A stretch of 64,000 nucleotides of DNA. Source: a virus. A program made the position numbers and the translations under genes. Location of the stretch: IMG/VR virus record IMGVR_UViG_3300050119_000104, positions 53,460-117,459 of that record. One strand, 5' to 3'. Positions within the stretch are counted from its first letter, which is position 1, and every line of letters starts with the position of its first letter. The notes under the pieces are model-generated. The model was given only the letters and a program-made list of their open reading frames with translations. It had not been told where the DNA came from and ran no database searches. Below are positions 1-9,554 of this stretch, piece after piece.

Positions 1-1
1 A

Positions 2-2113
2 GGAGTCGGCACAACCGGACCTACAGGGCCGACTGGCGCAACAGGCGCAACAGGCGTCGGCGCGACAGGAGCAACTGGAGTCATCGGCTCAGTCTCATCG
101 ACACCTTACGGCATGGTGATGTCGAATAATCTTTCGCCAGCCGTCCTGAATGTCGCAGCGGGAGTCCGCATTGATAGTACGTTCACGACCTATATCACGC
201 TCGCCGCTTTCACCAAATCAGTTGCGGGATCATGGGCAGCTGGGTCCGGCGGTAATGGCATGGGCACCGGACTCACTGCAACAAACGCCACATGGTACCA
301 CGTCTTTGCGATCATCAATGGCGGTGTCGCTGACGTTTACTTCGATACATCAATCACCGCAGCAAACAAGCCCGCTGGCACCACTGCGTTTTGCCGTATC
401 GGTTCGATCTACTATCTGACGGGCCAGATAAGACCGTTCACGCAAGTCGGAGATCGATTTGAACTTGTGACACCTGTCACCTTTATCAGTGGCGCGGCCA
501 CGACCGCAACCCCCCAACTTCCTGTTTGTGGCGCACCAATCGGCTTGTCAGTTATAGCGACATTTGATGCATATTTGAACTACTCGTCGGCGGCATCTTA
601 CATGACTTTCTATTCCCCTCTTCAAACAGGTCAGGGAGCAGAAGGGACCCCGCTGGGGACGTATAGTCTAATAGCGTTTTCGGCGGCGGCTGCCGGAGCG
701 ATGGGACAATTTTCAGTCCTTACAAATACGTCAGGACAAATTGAATGGGTCGCAAATGGCGTAGGAGGATTGTTATACGCAGCACTTACTGGGTGGACTG
801 AGCCGACTATGAGCATCGCTGGCCCGACCGGCGCCACGGGGGCCACGGGTGCCATAGGCGCCACAGGCGGCACGGGTGGCACTGGCGGTACCGGAGCGAC
901 AGGAGTCGGCACGGCAGGCGCCACAGGCGTCATCGGCTCAGTCTCATCGACGCCTTACGGCATGGTGATGTCGAATGGTGCAACAGGCACAGCCCTCAAC
1001 GTCGCTGCCGGTGTTCGCATCGATAGCACTTTCACGACGTACATCACGCTCGCCGCTTTCACCAAATCAGTTGCGGGATCATGGGCAGCTGGGTCCGGCG
1101 GTAATGGCATGGGCACCGGACTCACTGCAACAAACGCCACATGGTACCACGTCTTTGCGATCATCAATGGCGGTGTCGCTGACGTTTACTTCGATACATC
1201 AATCACCGCAGCAAACAAGCCCGCTGGCACCACTGCGTTTTGCCGTATCGGTTCGATCTACTATCTGACGGGCCAGATAAGACCGTTCACGCAAGTCGGA
1301 GATCGATTTGAACTTGTGACACCTGTCACCTTTATCAGTGGCGCGGCCACGACCGCAACCCCCCAACTTCCTGTTTGTGGCGCACCAATCGGCTTGTCAG
1401 TTATAGCGACATTTGATGCATATTTGAACTACTCGTCGGCGGCATCTTACATGACTTTCTATTCCCCTCTTCAAACAGGTCAGGGAGCAGAAGGGACCCC
1501 GCTGGGGACGTATAGTCTAATAGCGTTTTCGGCGGCGGCTGCCGGAGCGATGGGACAATTTTCAGTCCTTACAAATACGTCAGGACAAATTGAATGGGTC
1601 GCAAATGGCGTAGGAGGATTGTTATACGCAGCACTTACTGGGTGGACTGAGCCGACTATGAGCATCGCTGGCCCGACCGGCGCCACGGGGGCCACGGGTG
1701 CCATAGGCGCCACAGGCGGCACGGGTGGCACTGGCGGTACCGGAGCGACCGGTTCGACTGGTACTGTAGGCGCGACTGGACCATCAACAGTGATCCCGCA
1801 AAATATCCAGAGCGGGGCATACGGGCTATTGATTGGCGATGCGGGCTACGAAATTTTCCATCCGACCGCTGACGCGACCGCGCGCATCTGGACTATTCCG
1901 GCTAACGGGTCCATAGCGTTTCCGATTGGGACCGTGATCACCTTCACTAACCAACACGGTGCGGGTGTCATCACAATCGCGATCACGACAGATACGATGT
2001 ACATGGCTGGGACGGGCTCGACTGGTAGTCGCACATTAGCGGCAAATGGCATTGCAACGGCGAAGAAAGTCACGGCGACAGAGTGGCTCATCTCCGGCGT
2101 AGGACTGACTTAA
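2..2113 (+). CDS. Collagen-like (GxT/GAT repeat) virion fibre protein with a tandemly duplicated globular domain; 5'-truncated by the window edge
   Basis: Frame is open from position 2 upstream of the ATG at 113. G-X-T repeats separate two copies of a ~283 aa unit, and the C-terminal domain (YTLxxxDAG...IPAN..FPIG) is typical of fibres. Confidence 0.8.
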   Translation, partial: GVGTTGPTGPTGATGATGVGATGATGVIGSVSSTPYGMVMSNNLSPAVLNVAAGVRIDSTFTTYITLAAFTKSVAGSWAAGSGGNGMGTGLTATNATWYHVFAIINGGVADVYFDTSITAANKPAGTTAFCRIGSIYYLTGQIRPFTQVGDRFELVTPVTFISGAATTATPQLPVCGAPIGLSVIATFDAYLNYSSAASYMTFYSPLQTGQGAEGTPLGTYSLIAFSAAAAGAMGQFSVLTNTSGQIEWVANGVGGLLYAALTGWTEPTMSIAGPTGATGATGAIGATGGTGGTGGTGATGVGTAGATGVIGSVSSTPYGMVMSNGATGTALNVAAGVRIDSTFTTYITLAAFTKSVAGSWAAGSGGNGMGTGLTATNATWYHVFAIINGGVADVYFDTSITAANKPAGTTAFCRIGSIYYLTGQIRPFTQVGDRFELVTPVTFISGAATTATPQLPVCGAPIGLSVIATFDAYLNYSSAASYMTFYSPLQTGQGAEGTPLGTYSLIAFSAAAAGAMGQFSVLTNTSGQIEWVANGVGGLLYAALTGWTEPTMSIAGPTGATGATGAIGATGGTGGTGGTGATGSTGTVGATGPSTVIPQNIQSGAYGLLIGDAGYEIFHPTADATARIWTIPANGSIAFPIGTVITFTNQHGAGVITIAITTDTMYMAGTGSTGSRTLAANGIATAKKVTATEWLISGVGLT
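194..1749 (+). repeat. Direct repeat with 849 bp period: 194-900 matches 1043-1749
   Basis: 707 bp apparently identical by eye; the ~120 bp preceding each copy are diverged. Confidence 0.9.
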
Positions 2114-2114
2114 A

Positions 2115-3332
2115 ATGGTCGCGACTCTGCAACAGATATTTCTTGGAGAACAGCAAACTCCAACGGTGACCGGTATCAGTCCGGCCAGCGGCAGCGTGCT
2201 CGGCGGCACGGCCGTGACCATCACTGGGACCGGCTTCATGCAGGGCGTGACATCGGTCCTCATCGGCGGCACCGCCGCAACGAGCATCGTCGTTGTCAGC
2301 GACACCTCGATCACGTGCGTCACAGGGACTGGCGCTGCTGGCGCTGTTGATGTGCAAGTGACAACTGAGATCGGGAACACGACGAACACCCTTTACACCT
2401 ATTTCAACGTTGTTCCGACCGTCTCTGCGATCACCGCCAATAATGGCACGACCAACGGCGGCACCGGGGTCACGATCACAGGCACCAATTTCGTCATAGG
2501 CGGCACAACGGTTACAATTCGCGGCGTCGCATGTACCTCCGTTTCTGTTTCAAATTCTACCACGCTCACATGCACGACCCCCGCAGCAACGACTGGTGGT
2601 ACGGCGAGCGTCCTCGTGACGACCGCAGGCGGCACCAACGGGGCAAACATGCTGTGGACTTACAACATTGCGTCGCCGGGGACTTACTCGTACACGATAG
2701 GTAGTGGCAATTTCACTGTCCCGGCCTACAACACCCTCACGATCCAATTGTGGGGGGCGGGTGGTGCTGGTGGTTCAACAACAACATCGGGGGCGGCGAT
2801 AAACGGAAATGCTGGTGGATATAGCGAAGTCGCAGCTTTGGGTCTGGTCGCGTATGGCGGCGGCGGCGGCGGAGGAACAAACTCCACTACCTCTGGCACG
2901 GGCGGCGCGGGCGGCGCGCCATCAGGGGGCAATACCGCAAACGCCGCTGGAACTACCGGCGGTGCAGGCAGCTATAATGCGACCGGTGCAACACTCACGA
3001 CGGGCGCGGGTGGCGCGGCGGCAGGAGGCGGCGGTGGGGCAGCGGCCGGAGTCTCAGTTACCACGACCTCTACGACGCAACAATTTACCGGTAACGGGGG
3101 CAACGCTCCGGGTGGTGGCGCTTCCGCAGGTGGCTACTCAACCGAGGTTATATCCTCCCACTTTGAATATGCAGGAGCAGGTGGCGGTGGTGGCGCATTC
3201 GTCAAGAGCGTTTACACGGGCGGTACTTATGCGGGCGTTAGTTTAGCTTGGATAGTCGGTGCAGGCGGCACCAGCGGGGGCGCGGGCAGTCCCGCAGGCG
3301 CGGCCGGAGAAATTCAATTCATCATTGCCTAA
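2115..3332 (+). CDS. Virion protein with two IPT/TIG domains and a glycine-rich C-terminal domain
   Basis: PTVTGISPASGSVLGGTAVTITGTGF and PTVSAITANNGTTNGGTGVTITGTNF are IPT/TIG signatures, followed by GGGGGG-rich repeats. Confidence 0.75.
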   Translation: MVATLQQIFLGEQQTPTVTGISPASGSVLGGTAVTITGTGFMQGVTSVLIGGTAATSIVVVSDTSITCVTGTGAAGAVDVQVTTEIGNTTNTLYTYFNVVPTVSAITANNGTTNGGTGVTITGTNFVIGGTTVTIRGVACTSVSVSNSTTLTCTTPAATTGGTASVLVTTAGGTNGANMLWTYNIASPGTYSYTIGSGNFTVPAYNTLTIQLWGAGGAGGSTTTSGAAINGNAGGYSEVAALGLVAYGGGGGGGTNSTTSGTGGAGGAPSGGNTANAAGTTGGAGSYNATGATLTTGAGGAAAGGGGGAAAGVSVTTTSTTQQFTGNGGNAPGGGASAGGYSTEVISSHFEYAGAGGGGGAFVKSVYTGGTYAGVSLAWIVGAGGTSGGAGSPAGAAGEIQFIIA

Positions 3333-3379
3333 GCTCGCGTGATGTGCCACAAAGCAAAAGAAAAAAAAAAGAAATCCCC

Positions 3380-4501
3380 ATGCCTTTCCGCTTCCATGTT
3401 TTAGGGCTCGCACACACGATCTCGACGCCGGAGTATTCGACCTGCGCGTTCACGCAGAAAGTCGTGAAGCTGTGCAAGCTGCTCAAGGCGCAGGGTCACT
3501 ACGTCATCCACTACGGCCACGAGGATTCGAAGGTCGAATGCGATGAGCACGTGACCGTTGTCAAGCGCTACGACTACAACAAAGCCTACGGCACCCATGA
3601 TTGGCGAAAGCACGGATGGGTAGGCTATGATATTAACAAGGATTGGACCTACAAAGTTTTCAATACGCGAACGCCGCTTGAAGTCGAGACACGGAGACAG
3701 CCGAGTGATTTCCTGCTTTGCTCATTCGGCTTCGGTCATAAGCCGGTTGCCGATGCCTGTCCTGAGTTGATCGTTGTCGAGCCTGGCATCGGCTACTCGA
3801 CCGGTGGCTTCGCCAAATACCGCGTGTTTGAGAGCTACGCAATTATGCACGCATATCAGGGTCAGAAAGCAATCGAATTTTCGAGCAACGACTTCTGGTA
3901 CGATGCAGTGATCCCCAACTATTTTGACATAGCCGACTTCACATATTCATCCTCCAAGGATGACTATTTTCTGTTCCTTGGTCGCGTCAACGACGGCAAG
4001 GGCGTTCACATCGCCGAACAGATCGCGAAGATAACCGGCACTAAACTCATCGTCGCCGGGCCTGGTCAGCGTGAACACGCAGAGGGTGTCTCATACGTCG
4101 GCGTCGTGAACCCGCAAATTCGGGCGGAGTTACTCTCACGAGCAACAGCGATCCTCTGCCCCTCGACGTTCATCGAGCCGTTCTGCGGTGTTCAAATCGA
4201 AGCGATGCTCTCCGGCACGCCGGTCATTTCATCCGACCGTGGTGCTTTTTCGGAATACAACAAGCACGGCGAGACTGGCTTCCGATGCAAAACGTTCGAG
4301 CAGTTTACATGGGCCGCGCGCAACATCAATCGCATCGATCCGCTGGCATGCCGTGCATGGGGCGAGCGTTTCACTCTCGGGCGCATCGGTCTGATGTTCG
4401 ATGAATATTTCCAATCGGTGTTGGACATCTCGCAAGGGAAGGGCTGGTACCAGGAAAAGCCTGATCGGGACAATCTTGACATGACGACGTGGAGAGCGTA
4501 A
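3380..4501 (+). CDS. Glycosyltransferase, GT4 / GT-B fold
   Basis: LFLGRV..GKG and EPFCGVQIEAMLSGTPVISSD motifs; start reassigned to MPFRFHVLG at 3380. Confidence 0.85.
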   Translation: MPFRFHVLGLAHTISTPEYSTCAFTQKVVKLCKLLKAQGHYVIHYGHEDSKVECDEHVTVVKRYDYNKAYGTHDWRKHGWVGYDINKDWTYKVFNTRTPLEVETRRQPSDFLLCSFGFGHKPVADACPELIVVEPGIGYSTGGFAKYRVFESYAIMHAYQGQKAIEFSSNDFWYDAVIPNYFDIADFTYSSSKDDYFLFLGRVNDGKGVHIAEQIAKITGTKLIVAGPGQREHAEGVSYVGVVNPQIRAELLSRATAILCPSTFIEPFCGVQIEAMLSGTPVISSDRGAFSEYNKHGETGFRCKTFEQFTWAARNINRIDPLACRAWGERFTLGRIGLMFDEYFQSVLDISQGKGWYQEKPDRDNLDMTTWRA

Positions 4502-4532
4502 CCCAGCCCCCGAAATTCAAAAGGAGAACACC

Positions 4533-4802
4533 ATGTGGAAGATCGTCTTGATAATGGTGGCTATCGTCAGCCCGAATGGCCCTCCGAAGCACCTCGCAGA
4601 CGGGGTTGTCAGAAATGGTTTCGCTACTGAGGCCGTGTGCGAGAAAAATTTAGCAAAGAAAAGTTTCGCAAAAATGACACAAGATATGGTCGAGGGCATC
4701 TCTAAGAAACTCAACGGTACCAAGGTTATAATCACCGCTCGATGCGTTGATACGTCAAAGAAAGTCGAACCAAAAATTGAGCCGCAGGGCGAGTCCATTT
4801 AG
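4533..4802 (+). CDS. Small hypothetical protein with signal-peptide-like N-terminus
   Basis: GGAG RBS upstream; hydrophobic N-terminus MWKIVLIMVAIV. Confidence 0.55.
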   Translation: MWKIVLIMVAIVSPNGPPKHLADGVVRNGFATEAVCEKNLAKKSFAKMTQDMVEGISKKLNGTKVIITARCVDTSKKVEPKIEPQGESI

Positions 4803-4815
4803 TTCTTTTTTACCC

Positions 4816-4847
4816 GGTTGCTGACACGTACTTCTCGTGGTAAATAT
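4816..4847 (+). promoter_or_regulatory. Putative sigma70-type late promoter upstream of the capsid gene
   Basis: ccggTTGCTG-N17-TAAATA. A similar TTG-N3-N17-TA layout recurs near 8870, 10149, 29316, 29778, 32893 and 35628. Confidence 0.45.
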
Positions 4848-4982
4848 CTCCATCATCACGTGATCCTCTGCCTCGACGTGGCTCCATGGTGAGTGACTCG
4901 GCAGGGCTTTCACATTCTACCCGCGAACCTCCATGGGGAGGCGACGGTTTTTGTCGTCAACCCCTTTTGTGAGGTTATCCCA

Positions 4983-6131
4983 ATGACCAATGTTTCCACC
5001 ACGATTGCGGATGTGATCGTCCCCGAAGTTTTCACCCCGTACACGCAGCAGCTTACGATGGAAAAGACCGCAATTATCCAGAGCGGTATCGCTGCCCGTG
5101 ACGACTTCATCGACAATTTGCTTGCTGGCGGCGGCTTGACCTTCACGGTCCCGTCCTGGCAGGACATCGGCGATCCGGCCGAGAATGTGTCAAGCGACGA
5201 CGCCAACACGTTCTCGACTCCGAACGCCACGCAGACGAGCGCCGAAGTTGCGGTGCGACTCTCGCGCAACAGTTCTTGGAGCACGATGCGTCTCGCGACC
5301 GCCCTGGCCGGTGCCGACCCGATGCAAAGCATCGCGGCTCGCGTTTCCGACTATTGGGTCCGTCGATTGCAGCGGGCATTCGTTGCCGCTGCTGCAGGCG
5401 TCTTCGCCACCAATGAGTTGTCCGATCCGACCGATGGTCGCTCGCACAACATCGGCCTCAATGCCGCCTACGGCAATATGGCTGATCTGACTCAGGATAT
5501 CAGCACGGGCGGCTACGCTGCCGGTGTGTCCGACTTCTCCGCCTCCGCGTTCATCGACACCTGTTCGTTGCTCGGCGACGCCGCCGAGGACGTGACGGCA
5601 GTGTTCATGCACTCGGTGGTCTACGCCAAGGCGCAGAAGAACAACCTCATCGACTTCATTCCTGATGCGGAAGGTCACGTCAATATCCCGACCTTCCTCG
5701 GACGGCGCGTGGTCGTTGACGACGGCATGCCCAACCCGGCCGGTGACTCGACTGCCGGTGCCTCCACCTCAAGTGGCGTCTACCACACGTGGCTCGTTGG
5801 CCCCGCGTCGTTCCGCCTGGGTGTCGGCACGCCAATCGTCCCCACCGAAGTTTTCCGTTACCCGGCTCAGGGCAACGGCGCAGGCTCGGACGTTCTGTTC
5901 AATCGCGTCGAGTGGTGTCTCCATCCCGTTGGCCATGCCTACGTCGGCACCAACTCGAATGGCGGCCCGACCAACGCGAACCTCGCGGCGGCACCCTCGT
6001 TCGTCCGCGTGTTCCCGGAGCGCAAGCAGATCAAGCTCGCCCGCCTCATCACGGCGGAGTCAATCGCCAACCCTGGCGCATACCGCGCCGATCCGGCTGG
6101 CACTGAGAGCGGCGGTCTGTGGACTCGCTAA
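4983..6131 (+). CDS. Major capsid protein (HK97-like fold)
   Basis: TTIADVIVPEVFTPY N-terminus, MHSVVY..QK.NLIDF and FLGRRVVVDDGMP motifs; GAGG RBS; start reassigned to 4983. Confidence 0.85.
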   Translation: MTNVSTTIADVIVPEVFTPYTQQLTMEKTAIIQSGIAARDDFIDNLLAGGGLTFTVPSWQDIGDPAENVSSDDANTFSTPNATQTSAEVAVRLSRNSSWSTMRLATALAGADPMQSIAARVSDYWVRRLQRAFVAAAAGVFATNELSDPTDGRSHNIGLNAAYGNMADLTQDISTGGYAAGVSDFSASAFIDTCSLLGDAAEDVTAVFMHSVVYAKAQKNNLIDFIPDAEGHVNIPTFLGRRVVVDDGMPNPAGDSTAGASTSSGVYHTWLVGPASFRLGVGTPIVPTEVFRYPAQGNGAGSDVLFNRVEWCLHPVGHAYVGTNSNGGPTNANLAAAPSFVRVFPERKQIKLARLITAESIANPGAYRADPAGTESGGLWTR

Positions 6132-6208
6132 CCCGGTTTGAAAAGATAGTCGGATGCCAACTTAGACTTGGCATCCGAGCCTTTTCTTAAACCAAAGGAA
6201 GCACCATC

Positions 6209-6457
6209 ATGGCCATCGATGAGCCCTTCAAACCCGATACCAAGGCGTCGCCCCGACTTTACCGTCGGCATCAGCGTTACGCCAACTATAGTCGCTTGCG
6301 CTACGGCGCGCAGGAGCGCGCATGGTTGACTCAGCAAGCCGAGCGCTTGGAGTCGGCGGGCGCGGATCAGACGATTTTCGATTATTTGTACACCAACACG
6401 GCGGGCGAGATTAAGTTAGCGACCAACGTGTCGCACCTGAACCCAGGTCGCGTTTAA
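6209..6457 (+). CDS. Hypothetical protein downstream of the capsid gene
   Basis: AAGGA RBS; 82 aa ORF in the late operon. Confidence 0.55.
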   Translation: MAIDEPFKPDTKASPRLYRRHQRYANYSRLRYGAQERAWLTQQAERLESAGADQTIFDYLYTNTAGEIKLATNVSHLNPGRV

Positions 6458-6506
6458 AGTTTCGGTGCGCGGTTTGAAGGGGGACTTCCGGCCGCCCACT
6501 GAGATC

Positions 6507-6530
6507 GGCCGGGGTCGCAAGACCCCGGCC
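6507..6530 (+). terminator. GC-rich hairpin, probable terminator or attenuator
   Basis: GGCCGGGGTC-GCAA-GACCCCGGCC perfect 10-bp stem, with a weak T-tract downstream. Confidence 0.55.
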
Positions 6531-6594
6531 ACGATTTTACGAGCTTCGCCATTCATGAGAATGGTGCATGTCCCCAAGCTGAACGAGGATTATC

Positions 6595-7254
6595 ATGACT
6601 GACCAAGCCAAGTACCACGAGAAGATCAAGACTGCGCTCGCGCAACTGGACCACGACGATGCCGACTCATGGACCGAAGATGGTCTGCCTCGCACAGGCA
6701 TCGTCCAGAAACTCTTAAACGATCAGACAATCCGGCGACAAGATATCGGCGATGCGTGGCCCGGTTTCGTCCGCAAGGTCTCAGTGACCGCGCCTATTGA
6801 ACCAACTGCAACGGACCCAGGTCCGAAAGCGGATGGTGGCACAACGTTGGTCGATCCCATTGAACCAATCGCGCCAGTCGATACGCGGCCGACCGAAGCT
6901 GAGTATCGAGCGAAGCTCAATCAGGATGTGGTCGATGCCGAGATGGCATATATCGCCAACAAGAAAGAGCTTGCGGTCTGCCATGGCCGCGAGCAGCCGC
7001 TCCGGTTGGAGATCGAGCGCACGAAAAAGGTTCGTGCCGCCGCGTTCCCACCGATGACCGCCGCGCAGAATATCAAGGAATATCTTGCCGGTGAGCATCA
7101 AAAGCGAATTGAAACTTCACGACTCAATCAGGTCGATGCGGCGATGGGGAAAGGCAACACCCTGGGTTGGAAGCGTCCTGTCCGTCCCATGATCGGGGTT
7201 GATGGCAACGTGGTTATGCCCATCGCGCGGGATAAAATCCGCCGGACCGGGTAA
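6595..7254 (+). CDS. Hypothetical head-region protein
   Basis: GAGG RBS; position in the morphogenesis operon. Confidence 0.6.
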   Translation: MTDQAKYHEKIKTALAQLDHDDADSWTEDGLPRTGIVQKLLNDQTIRRQDIGDAWPGFVRKVSVTAPIEPTATDPGPKADGGTTLVDPIEPIAPVDTRPTEAEYRAKLNQDVVDAEMAYIANKKELAVCHGREQPLRLEIERTKKVRAAAFPPMTAAQNIKEYLAGEHQKRIETSRLNQVDAAMGKGNTLGWKRPVRPMIGVDGNVVMPIARDKIRRTG

Positions 7255-7282
7255 TCTCCGGCCGGAATAAAAGGTCGGAACG

Positions 7283-7579
7283 ATGAGCGCACTTCTCAAT
7301 CCTCCGTACCGGCCGACCGCTGAAATGCAGGCGGGGCTTTACTATGCCCGCCGTCGCAATCGGGCACGTCAAGCTCTCCAAAATTTGCCGTTATGGTCCG
7401 CCGATCTCTCGGTGGCTGATGGGGCGTATTATCAGTATGGCGGCAACGCCTATCAAGCGCTCGGGGCGGGGACAACCGGCTCGACTGCACCTATTGTTGA
7501 TCGCGGTCAGCAGTCAGATGGAGCGGTCAATTGGGTATATGTTGATCCGCAAGTGCTCATCGGGCGGGTGCTGCCATGA
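7283..7579 (+). CDS. Small virion protein with carbohydrate-binding-module-like motif
   Basis: WSADLSVADGAYYQYGGNAYQALGAGTTG...DGAVNW resembles CBM5/12-like repeats. Confidence 0.5.
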   Translation: MSALLNPPYRPTAEMQAGLYYARRRNRARQALQNLPLWSADLSVADGAYYQYGGNAYQALGAGTTGSTAPIVDRGQQSDGAVNWVYVDPQVLIGRVLP

Positions 7580-8490
7580 GTATCATTTTCGCGCAGCAGG
7601 ACAGGACGGGCACCGTAGCTCAGATCACGGTCGCCGCCGCGCCCGCTAATCCAATTGCCGTCAATGACACCGGAACCATTGCAGGCGTGCAACCGTGGAA
7701 CGGCAACGAAGTGTCACTCGCGTTCACGGTCGGGCAAATCCTGAACACGGCGCAATTCGGTATCACGACCGCGCTTCCGAACGGCGCGGGTCCTGGCGAA
7801 GTGCTGCAAAGTGGATGGCCAGAAGCAGGCAGTGTAATCACGTGGATCACTGGCGCGAATGCCGAGACGACTTCCGCCGTGACGCAGATGGTTCCAGCCA
7901 ACGCCTACATCACGTCGAATTTCTTCAAGGAATATCACGCCTCACGCGGCAACGTGTACGGCACACCGACGACCGCGCAATTGCAGCAGGCAATAGTTCA
8001 AGGCACGGACTATCTCGATCAGTGGTATCGCTTCAAAGGCGTGAAGCTCCTGCAATTTCTTGGCGGCAACGATATCCTCGATCCGATGCTGCCATTTATT
8101 GATCCGTGGCTTAGCCCGTTCGGTTTCACTCAAACTGCATTCTATGTACCGAGCACTACGCAACAGGCAACGGAATGGCCTCGTCAGGGCGTGGTCGATT
8201 TCAATGGTGATAACGTATACGGAATTCCAAAAGCAATTTCATTCGGGTGCGCGGAGCTTGCGCTTCGCATGATCAATGGCATCATCCTCCAACCGGATTA
8301 CGATCCGACTGTCGTGTTAGCCGGAGCCATCATTGAGTCAGCTTCCCAGGAGGTCGGCCCAATCAAGGTGTCCGCGACTTATGATACCAAGCTCGGGATC
8401 GGATTTTTCGCGGACTTCCCGCACGTGAGTCGTTTATTGGCGAAGGCGGGACTCTTGATTGCTTCTGGCGGCCACCAGATTATTAGGTGA
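7576..8490 (+). CDS. Head-tail connector / adaptor (DnaT-like domain family)
   Basis: ANAYIT..FF..YH..RG, AIVQGTDYLD..YRFKG and Q.TEWPR motifs; synteny. Confidence 0.7.
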   Translation: MSIIFAQQDRTGTVAQITVAAAPANPIAVNDTGTIAGVQPWNGNEVSLAFTVGQILNTAQFGITTALPNGAGPGEVLQSGWPEAGSVITWITGANAETTSAVTQMVPANAYITSNFFKEYHASRGNVYGTPTTAQLQQAIVQGTDYLDQWYRFKGVKLLQFLGGNDILDPMLPFIDPWLSPFGFTQTAFYVPSTTQQATEWPRQGVVDFNGDNVYGIPKAISFGCAELALRMINGIILQPDYDPTVVLAGAIIESASQEVGPIKVSATYDTKLGIGFFADFPHVSRLLAKAGLLIASGGHQIIR

Positions 8491-8494
8491 TGGG

Positions 8495-8863
8495 ATGGCA
8501 GGAACCTTCAATTATCGAGCACTTGCGGCCGTCGCTGACAAGCTCATTCTGCAATTCGGCATGGCCGCATCGCTGCGCCCCGTCGGCGCAACGGATAGTT
8601 CGCAGGATCGTCCGTGCACAATTGTCATCACCGAGTATGATCCGCACGATGCTGCGACCCAACTCACGAACCCGACCGACCGCAAAATCCTCATTGCGCC
8701 GGGATTGGGCGCAGTTCCAGGCCAGCCGCCTGACAATGAAAAAGACCAGATAGTCGTTCTCATTGGCCCGGATGCAGGCCGGGTGCTCCCATTTACAAGT
8801 CCGGTCAAGCTTTACTCGCCCGCCGGGATTATAGTCCTTTATGAGTCAACGGTCCGTCGCTAA
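8495..8863 (+). CDS. Head closure / head-tail joining protein
   Basis: NYRALAAVADKLILQFG N-terminus; synteny. Confidence 0.6.
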   Translation: MAGTFNYRALAAVADKLILQFGMAASLRPVGATDSSQDRPCTIVITEYDPHDAATQLTNPTDRKILIAPGLGAVPGQPPDNEKDQIVVLIGPDAGRVLPFTSPVKLYSPAGIIVLYESTVRR

Positions 8864-8924
8864 ATTTACCCGGTTGCAGACGCCCCCGATCTATGGTTAA
8901 TGACAGCCTGGAAGGCCCTGGAAT

Positions 8925-9443
8925 ATGACGCAGTTTGATCGACGGCAGGCGATTTTGGTGGAGCTTGGTTCAATGCTGGCGGCGCTCGTGCCGACCATCG
9001 TTTTGACCGGGACGCAAGGAACGCCAGCGGGGTTTGCTACCGGAGGCTACGTGCACAATCGCAACGAGCTTCCACAAGGTTTAGTCCCTGGCATCATTCT
9101 GTTAGATGCTGATGAGTTACCTGGGGGAACGCCGGTAATACCCGGCCGGGCGCAGACAAGGATCGCGCCGCAGATAATGAAGATGACGCCGGAAATTTAC
9201 GTCGTGTTGGACGTGCGAAAGCCGAACAACTTAAACGTGGGAGAGGATTTAGATTTAGCGCGGATCGCGATCCTTCAAGGAATTTGGACGGATCAGACCC
9301 TGCTGAATTTGGTTAGTTCGAATGGACGAATTGTTGTTGAAGCCTGCGTGACCGATCTCGCGCGCAACCGGACGATGCAAGGCCAATTGGGAATTTCAAT
9401 GTCGTTCTACTATCCACTGCTACCAAACGAGATCATCGGTTAA
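8925..9443 (+). CDS. Probable tail terminator protein
   Basis: Size and position immediately before the tail tube gene. Confidence 0.5.
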   Translation: MTQFDRRQAILVELGSMLAALVPTIVLTGTQGTPAGFATGGYVHNRNELPQGLVPGIILLDADELPGGTPVIPGRAQTRIAPQIMKMTPEIYVVLDVRKPNNLNVGEDLDLARIAILQGIWTDQTLLNLVSSNGRIVVEACVTDLARNRTMQGQLGISMSFYYPLLPNEIIG

Positions 9444-9554
9444 ACGAGCGCGAAAATGCCGAAGCAAGTCGGTCGAGCAGATCATCCAATCGTATGCTTT
9501 ACTCATGCGATCCATAGTTTCACACCCGTGCTCGCTGCATAAAGGGAGGCTCCC

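Noticed and set aside
194-1749. Diversity-generating retroelement TR/VR pair
   Set aside because: No adenine-specific mismatches, both copies are in frame within one gene, and no reverse transcriptase is in the window.
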